A DNA stretch of 64,000 nt from the NCBI GenBank assembly GCA_003344405.1, contig NOWV01000189.1:62001-126000 (forward strand). The letters run 5' to 3'. Each line of letters starts with the position of its first letter. The first letter of the stretch is position 1. The translations under genes and the position numbers were made by a program. Under the pieces are notes generated by a model. It was not told the DNA's origin. It was given only the letters and a program-made list of their open reading frames with translations, and did no database searches. Positions 56,811 to 64,000 of this stretch are shown here, in pieces. The stretch comes from Trichoplax sp. H2. Lineage: Eukaryota.

Positions 56811-58251
56811 GACAGACAGCGCCTACGATGGCTGCTAGGGTAACATTTTCTTTTGAATTAATTTATTAATAAGAATTTATAATTAGAATCACAAATGTAA
56901 ATTAATAGAGATCACGTTCTGAAGTCTGCAGGAGTCCACTCTCCAGTAATTAATATCGCTGACGGCACCACCTCTTGTAATGTGTAACCATAATAGCAGA
57001 AAGGTTAATACTGTAATGGGTATCTCAAGGTGATATAGGAAATACTCGCATTTCCAATATTGATGTGACACATACATACAGCATAGTACTATATGTACAG
57101 TATTATTTATTCGTACCCTTCTCATATGATCAGTAATGACTACATATGGAATTATGCAATATGCATGCTCTGCAGCGAGTAGTAGAACAATTTATTCATG
57201 GACGATTCACCGGTAAAATGACAGCAATTTATTACCATTACTATTAGAATTGAAACAAATGAGTTTCCATTATATTATTCGTCTAATCCTTAGCTTATTC
57301 CTCGCTCCATGTCACATCTTCCATTAATTTAAATTTATAGTACGAATATATCGACAATGGAATTGATTGGCGAGAAATTAGAATTTCAGAAATGATATCG
57401 GCGCATTCCATTTTCATCCTGTATGCAGCACTCCTGTATGTTGATATGTAACTTACACACTAAGAATTGAATAATTTGGACGCACTTGCACTTCATACGT
57501 GCATGTCAAATCAATTTATTCTAAAGCACTGGCATGGACTTCTAAATTTTTCTGCAAAAATTGAATCAGTCCATAGTACTGGATTGAGATGAATATCGCC
57601 TATCGTGCAAACTTTGCAGCGCCCATCGATTGATCTCGATACACTTCAAAAGCAGCACCGTATAATTAGCGAAACACAACTAAACCAGTTATAAGGATCA
57701 TTCGTATTTATTTTTATGTTGTATGAAACAATACCATACACATGAAAATACCAAAATTAGAAATTTGTAATTGGGCCAAGTTATATGATCAAATGAATAC
57801 CTGTAAAATTTACAGAACATCCAGATCGGGTCGAGATTTCGCATTATTGGTGCATTGATATACATTACCGCAACTTTGTAGTGTAAAATAAAAACTGTTA
57901 TATAAAAAATTTGGTATGATATAAAAATAAGAATATCTAATTTCTTCCATCACATTGCACATACATCAGGCATCCAACCATTAATAGCTTTCACATACGT
58001 ACATTCCCTTACTACTTGTGAAAAGAATTTTGTCTTATCCAATCTACTGTACAAATAGTATCAACAAGTCTTTAAAATTAATGTTGTTGAATCATTTTGT
58101 TACTAAATTCCAATTTCGTATAATACAACTAAGACATATATAATATTTAACGTAAAGCAAGCAATCTAAGCCATTAACATGATAATATAATGACATGATA
58201 AAGTTACAGTAACAGAAACACACTCACTGTACAATGAGCGGTATTTATTGC

Positions 58252-61200
58252 TTATGCTATAGGTGCGTCATCAAGTGGTGGCATTTGTTGACGCTGAGTG
58301 CCAGCAAAATTTAAAAAAACATCTTCTAAGGTAGTTTGGCCAACGGAGTAATCCTCTAAATTGAAGGTTCGTTTAGCTTCTTCCATAATCGAGAACACCT
58401 TTGCCCACGATACTCTAGCATCAGATACATAGTAATGAATCAATCCATGATGCTGATCCTTTATCACGGCATTAGGAAAGTTTTCTTCGATATAGGCTTG
58501 AAGACGATTCATAATTTGCTCTTGATCGTGTATAGAATTCGGTTTGTCTCTCCCAACTTTCGCAATAACTGTATAACCTTGTCCAAATTTGCTCTTTAAA
58601 TGTTGAGGACTGCCTAAACACTTAAATTTGCCATTAACCATTATAGCTAATCTTGTACACAGGGCTTCACATTCTTCCATACTGAAAAATATTTTTGGTC
58701 ATAAAAATAACATTACTTATTCCTTTCTACATGATTCATCAAATAGTCTGTAATGCAATCTATGCAAATTTGTAGCTAAAGTAATAAGAGGGTATTTCTT
58801 ACCTATGTGATGTAATGACTATACAACGATTCTCTGCTCTAATTTTGCTAAGAACGTTCCATAAAAATCGGCGAGCAACCGGGTCCATACCAGTAGTGGG
58901 TTCATCTAAAAATATGACCGGTGGATTGCCAACTAAAGCAATTCCTGTGCAAAGCTTACGCTTATTTCCGCCGCTAAAGTAGCAGTTAAAAAGAGGTTAA
59001 TGTTTAAAATTATAGATACCTTAATACTTAAATTTAAATGCATATATTATAATAATATCATTTATTTAATTTTTTTTACCTATATGTCCCGCAAAGTCTA
59101 TCCGCGTATTCTTTCAGGCTTAATTGTGAAATAATTTTTTCTACAACCTGCCGTAACCTGCTTTCAGGTACCCCTCGCAATCGGGCAAACATTGATAATA
59201 GCTCCCTGCCAGTCATCAATTCTATTAATGCATCAAACTGAGGGCAATAACCCATTTGCTGTCGCGCCTATTAGTCAAAGTTATAAAGTAATGTAACAAA
59301 AATTGAAAGTCAGCTTGTTATTCCAGGCGTTTCTAGAATATTATTTCATGTACCTGTCTTAATTGAGTCTTAATGTTAAATCCACTCATCACAGCAGTAC
59401 CGGACGTTATTGATTCATCACCAGTTAACATTTTAAATGTCGTAGTTTTACCAGCTCCATTTACTCCAAGTAATCCAAAGCACTCTCCCAAAGATATGCC
59501 GATAGATAAGTTATTGACAGCTGTAAAAGGTTGAGAGCCGCAAGATTTATACTCCTTGGTAAGCCTGCTAAACAACACAACATCTCTACTATTGTTCCCG
59601 TAGTCTCTTTGTACTTGAGCAGTAGCAGAATTACTTGCTTCATTGACATCAACATCTTCTTCTTCGTCAACACTATAAGTGGTCATAAAGAATTGAAACT
59701 TTATCATCTACCACATATGATTTGATATATCTTAGCTACGATACATGCATAGTCTAATGATGCAAACATATCTACATTTTGGCATAGATCTATCAATCAC
59801 CTTTCATCTTGTCCTTTGCCGGAACAAATTAAAGAATCATATATCCTTCCAAGGATCCCATATTCTAATAAAAATAGTATTACGAGCAGTACTACACCTT
59901 CAATGGCCATGAAAACGGCAAAACGTCCAATACCCGGATCTTCCCATGACAGATAATTCGTTTGATATTTAACTTTTAGAGCTTTGCAACCAAGCTTAGT
60001 TAATTCATTTTTCATGCAAGTAGTAATTGTGATATAATTTACAAACATATCACTTAAACTTTGTCCTAGACAATAATTCGGTAGTACCAAGAAACCCCAT
60101 TTCAAACCATTTGCTGTCGCCATTTGATTTAGTTGTGGGATACTGTATGAGCAAAGCATTTCTAAAATTAGTCTATAATTTTGTTAATAAAATAAGATAA
60201 TAACTTAAAATACCTAAATATGTTGACCGTTATTAGAGTAACTAATCCAGTAATAATGTTGAACATAGTTGTGACGACAAAGCCAGTTGCTGAATTAACG
60301 AATAAGAAGGAAAATAGGTACATCAACGGAATAATAGCCCATCCATAGAGGAAAAGGATTAGGATCACAATTCCTAAGCGATTATCGTCCACGTATGCTT
60401 GCGTGTCAAAAGCTGCAAAAACTACCAAAAGTGCCAAACAAGGGACTAAAAAAATTATGAAAAAGAAAAATGTAAGTAATTTTATAGCGTTATCTGTATT
60501 GAACTGCCACTGCAACTTATCTAATTCAGTTTAAATTCTAAGCCATAACAAAATATTTTAAAAGCAAAACAAACTAACTCATATAGTTAAATAGATCCCA
60601 CACAAACGAAGACAACCAGAAGCATAATGGGTCGACACCACTCACAAACTGGACATGCTTAGCTTTACTGGATCTTTCCTTTATGAGGAAAATGACAAAG
60701 CTTGAAGCTAAAAATGACATGCCGAACATCAAGTTAAACGCTATATTGAATCCGAGGGCATACCTAGAAATATAGAACTGCAGTTAGTTGCATAGTAGCT
60801 AGCACGTACACGTAATTAAGTGAGTATCTTATTAAAGCCAAATAATAATAGCAAAAAATTCGTAAATCCCATTTTCATCGATCCATACTTTTTTATGTTG
60901 GTTAACGTTTCACTTCCGGAAGGTGGAAGAGGATAGTTTGTAGTCGTTATAGTATATCTTTCATTGGTTGTGTTAAATCCGTAAGCAAGTATACAATTTG
61001 TAAGATAATTCACTGTTACACCAATAGAATGGAAGGCTTGATTGTTGAACCATAATTTAATGGCAACTCTATCTGATTGCGATTTTACGTTGTGAAATTC
61101 TGCACCAATCATGTACCGAGAGTTGAACGCTGCCGTCACAACATTAACGCATATGTTAATTATTTGTTAATAATGATCAATGCGAAATGAATAATTATTT

Positions 61201-64000
61201 ACGCAATACAACAATATATTCTATAGTGATTTATTTAAGCTATACTCGTACATCAATGATCGCACTTCAACGTATTCGATACTGTAAGGATATACTAACC
61301 TCCTATGTCTTGCATGCTCTTTTCTAAAGCGAATTTTGTCATGTTTCCATTCATTGTTCCATTAAATCGCATAATATTAACTGGGTAAGTAGAGGTATCA
61401 TTAAACTGATTTGAGTAGGCCTCACTTAGTCGATAAGCTAAAGTATTTGGGTTATCGTCGTAGGCAAAGGGTGCGTAATTCTTACCAAACTGATCGGTTA
61501 CGAGAGACAAAGGAGGTGATCCTCCATTATATGGGATTGTTTTGATAACAATGAGGGCAATCATTGTAAAAATTATGGGCACCAGAAGTTGTGAAATTAT
61601 TGACCATTTGTAACGCTTGGAATGCAACATTCGCTTTGTTAGCATGGCACAAAACTGTTGATACCATAGCTTATACTTTGAATTTGTAATACCAACGGAA
61701 TTGGATGTAAATTCAAGATTGTATCCAAGTTCAGGATTGGAGTCAGTAATCAATGGTTTATTAATAGAAGCATCCTTTACATCTTCTCTTCCACAATCAT
61801 TACTATCTTGTGAAAACCTTTCTTCCTCACCTTGGTGGGAATAATACTTTTCGACAATATCGTTTACTTTAAGAAACACTTCTTCCATAGTAGTAACTGA
61901 CGCTCCAAAACTAGAAATTCCAAGTTCAGTCTGATGCTCTTCAAGTTCACAAAATAATAACTCAAATTTATTAGAACCACTACTTGGTAAAATAAACGAA
62001 AGCTCAGATCCGACGTTATTTTCTAGTGTTGCTCCATCGATACTTTTCGTAACTCTTTCAATAATTTCGTTGACTTTGCAAGTAGCACTTTTTACAATAG
62101 TCATGTGGTAACCAATACCGTACTTTTTCTTCAAAAACAGTGAACTACCACAACATATTACTTTGCCTTTTCCCATAATCGCTATACGATCACCAAGTAG
62201 ATCAGCTTCATCCATAAAATGTGTTGTTAACAAAATTGTTCGATTGGCTTTTTCACGTTGTAAAAGATCCCAAGTAAATCGACGAGCGGATGGATCCATA
62301 CCTGAGGTCGGTTCATCAAGGAGAACAACCTAATCGTAATTTAAGCAAAGATCATTATTTTAAGAGATCATTTATAAAATCCTATCCGCTCAATTTAATC
62401 TACAGTCGCTTTACTAAACTTTTGAATATTTAATATTGAATTGATTATTATTGATGCTACCTTTGAATCCCCAATTAGTGCGATACCAACAGATAATTTT
62501 CTCTTCATTCCACCAGATAAAGAGGAAGAAAAAGTGTATTTCTTATCACCTAATCCAACAGCTTCAATAATTCTATCTATTTCGGCGTTAATTCTGTCTT
62601 TTGGACAGCCTTGATTCATAAATATCCAATGAAATATAAGCAAATCATGTGCTATAAACTATCATTTCGCTATCATAATGGTATCATAGTTACTCTTACC
62701 TTTCAATTTGGCAAAGAACCGTAAATGTTCCTCTACAGTAAGCGTATCAAATAGGATATCGTGCTGTGGACAAAGTCCTAAACTATTTCTAACCCTGTCA
62801 ATATCGCAACATATATCATGTCCATTAACCAGTGCTGACCCTGTAGTAGGAGGAAACATACCACAGAGCATTGACATTAAACTTGTTTTACCAGCACCAT
62901 TATGACCAAGTAACACAGTGATTTGGCCGCTGTACATATTTACGCTAACATCGTTGACAGCTACTTTCTCCTCCGACGATTTACCACAATACTTATTACG
63001 ATTAAATACTTTAAAAATGTTACGAACACTAATACCAGGTTGTAGATCTGTTGGCTCTTTCTCAAAATGTGAATATTGAGAAATTGAAGGCGAATTACTT
63101 AGTAATCGTATTCTTTCTTCGTCAAACTCTATTGGGGTTACACCGAACCAATAACTGCGGGTAAAAGGGAAATACCATTGCTGGGGTACGCCAAATTCTC
63201 CAGGAAAGATTGCTTCAATATAAAAGGCTAATAAGCCATATATGAAAGCATCAAGTAATAGCATGCCAACAATTGATGCTAAAGATAGAGAATCATCAAC
63301 TGAGACGGGGTGAAAGAAATTCGACCATTGCGCACCAACACCCTGTCCTTCTAATTTGCCTATAACCGTAGCTCCTAAAGCCATACCAACATTGGAAAGA
63401 AGAGAAGCTCCAAGCTTTTGATTTATGCTGTACGAACTATAGTAAAACGTAATGAAGAAGAACGGTACATAATTTAAAAACCATAAGATTCCACCAGCTG
63501 CAGCCGCGATGTTGGAGCGATAGAAGAATACACTCACTAAGAAACACCACATAATACTTGTACAACTATACACCATTAGAAATAGGTACAAGACAATCGG
63601 ATTTGTATTATCCAAAATTCTGCCATTGGAAGTAATATTGGTACATAAAAAGAAAGTAATAATCCCCATTGAGATTAAGAAAAAGACAAAGTACTGAACG
63701 AACCATGACAACCAATGCAGCCAATTACTTAAACCCATAATTTTCATCGATTCCTGTAGGAATAATAATCAAGAAGTCAATCAAAAAATGTAGGCAATAC
63801 TTGATATTCTAAAGATATTTCTGGTGCTAAATTGAACTAGCAATTTCAGCTGGTATTAAACATTAGAAATATCAACTAGAGTAAGGAGATGGTGTAAAGG
63901 TGTGTCTGTTAATAAATCATTTTAAATTTACAATAACAATTAGATACCTTGATTTATTTCAGTTTCAAATTTAAGCAGATACAAAATACTTTCATTGTTG
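58252..64000 (-). CDS. ABCA3: ABC transporter subfamily A, ABCA3-like; 5' part lies beyond the window (last visible exon edge 63753)
   Basis: Two NBDs (GHNGAGKTS...[10 protein letters not shown]...[18 protein letters not shown]...GGNKRKLC...DEPTTGMDP), two TM blocks, and C-terminal [17 protein letters not shown]...[13 protein letters not shown]. About 11 phase-consistent exons are in the window. Confidence 0.9.

Overview
This is AT-rich, intron-dense eukaryotic (animal) genomic DNA. The short GT-AG introns and gene set suggest a compact non-bilaterian genome such as a placozoan (Trichoplax-like); this is an inference. The ORF track mostly shows exon fragments, so I rebuilt genes by hand from splice sites and reading-frame phase. 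Recognisable genes, left to right: CCDC137 (-), NUBP1 (+, with one obligatory GC-AG intron), OXLD1 (-, absent from the ORF track), RAB26/37 (+, with multi-kb introns), TVP23 (-), an intronless mitochondrial-type cyclophilin (+), UBFD1 (-) and the 3' part of an ABCA3-like transporter (-). Between NUBP1 and OXLD1 (13-28 kb) is a dynamic zone. It holds mosaic duplications of the OXLD1 locus that lack its coding exons, a decayed Helitron splitting one copy, and an unidentified multi-pass membrane protein gene. Two solo LTRs, each with its own 5-bp target-site duplication, sit about 200 bp apart near 45 kb. The most distinctive unexplained signal is clusters of TACAGTA/TACTGTA motifs at the 5' ends of the housekeeping genes. 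I found no tRNA, rRNA or CRISPR features, and no supportable gene in 1-6600.
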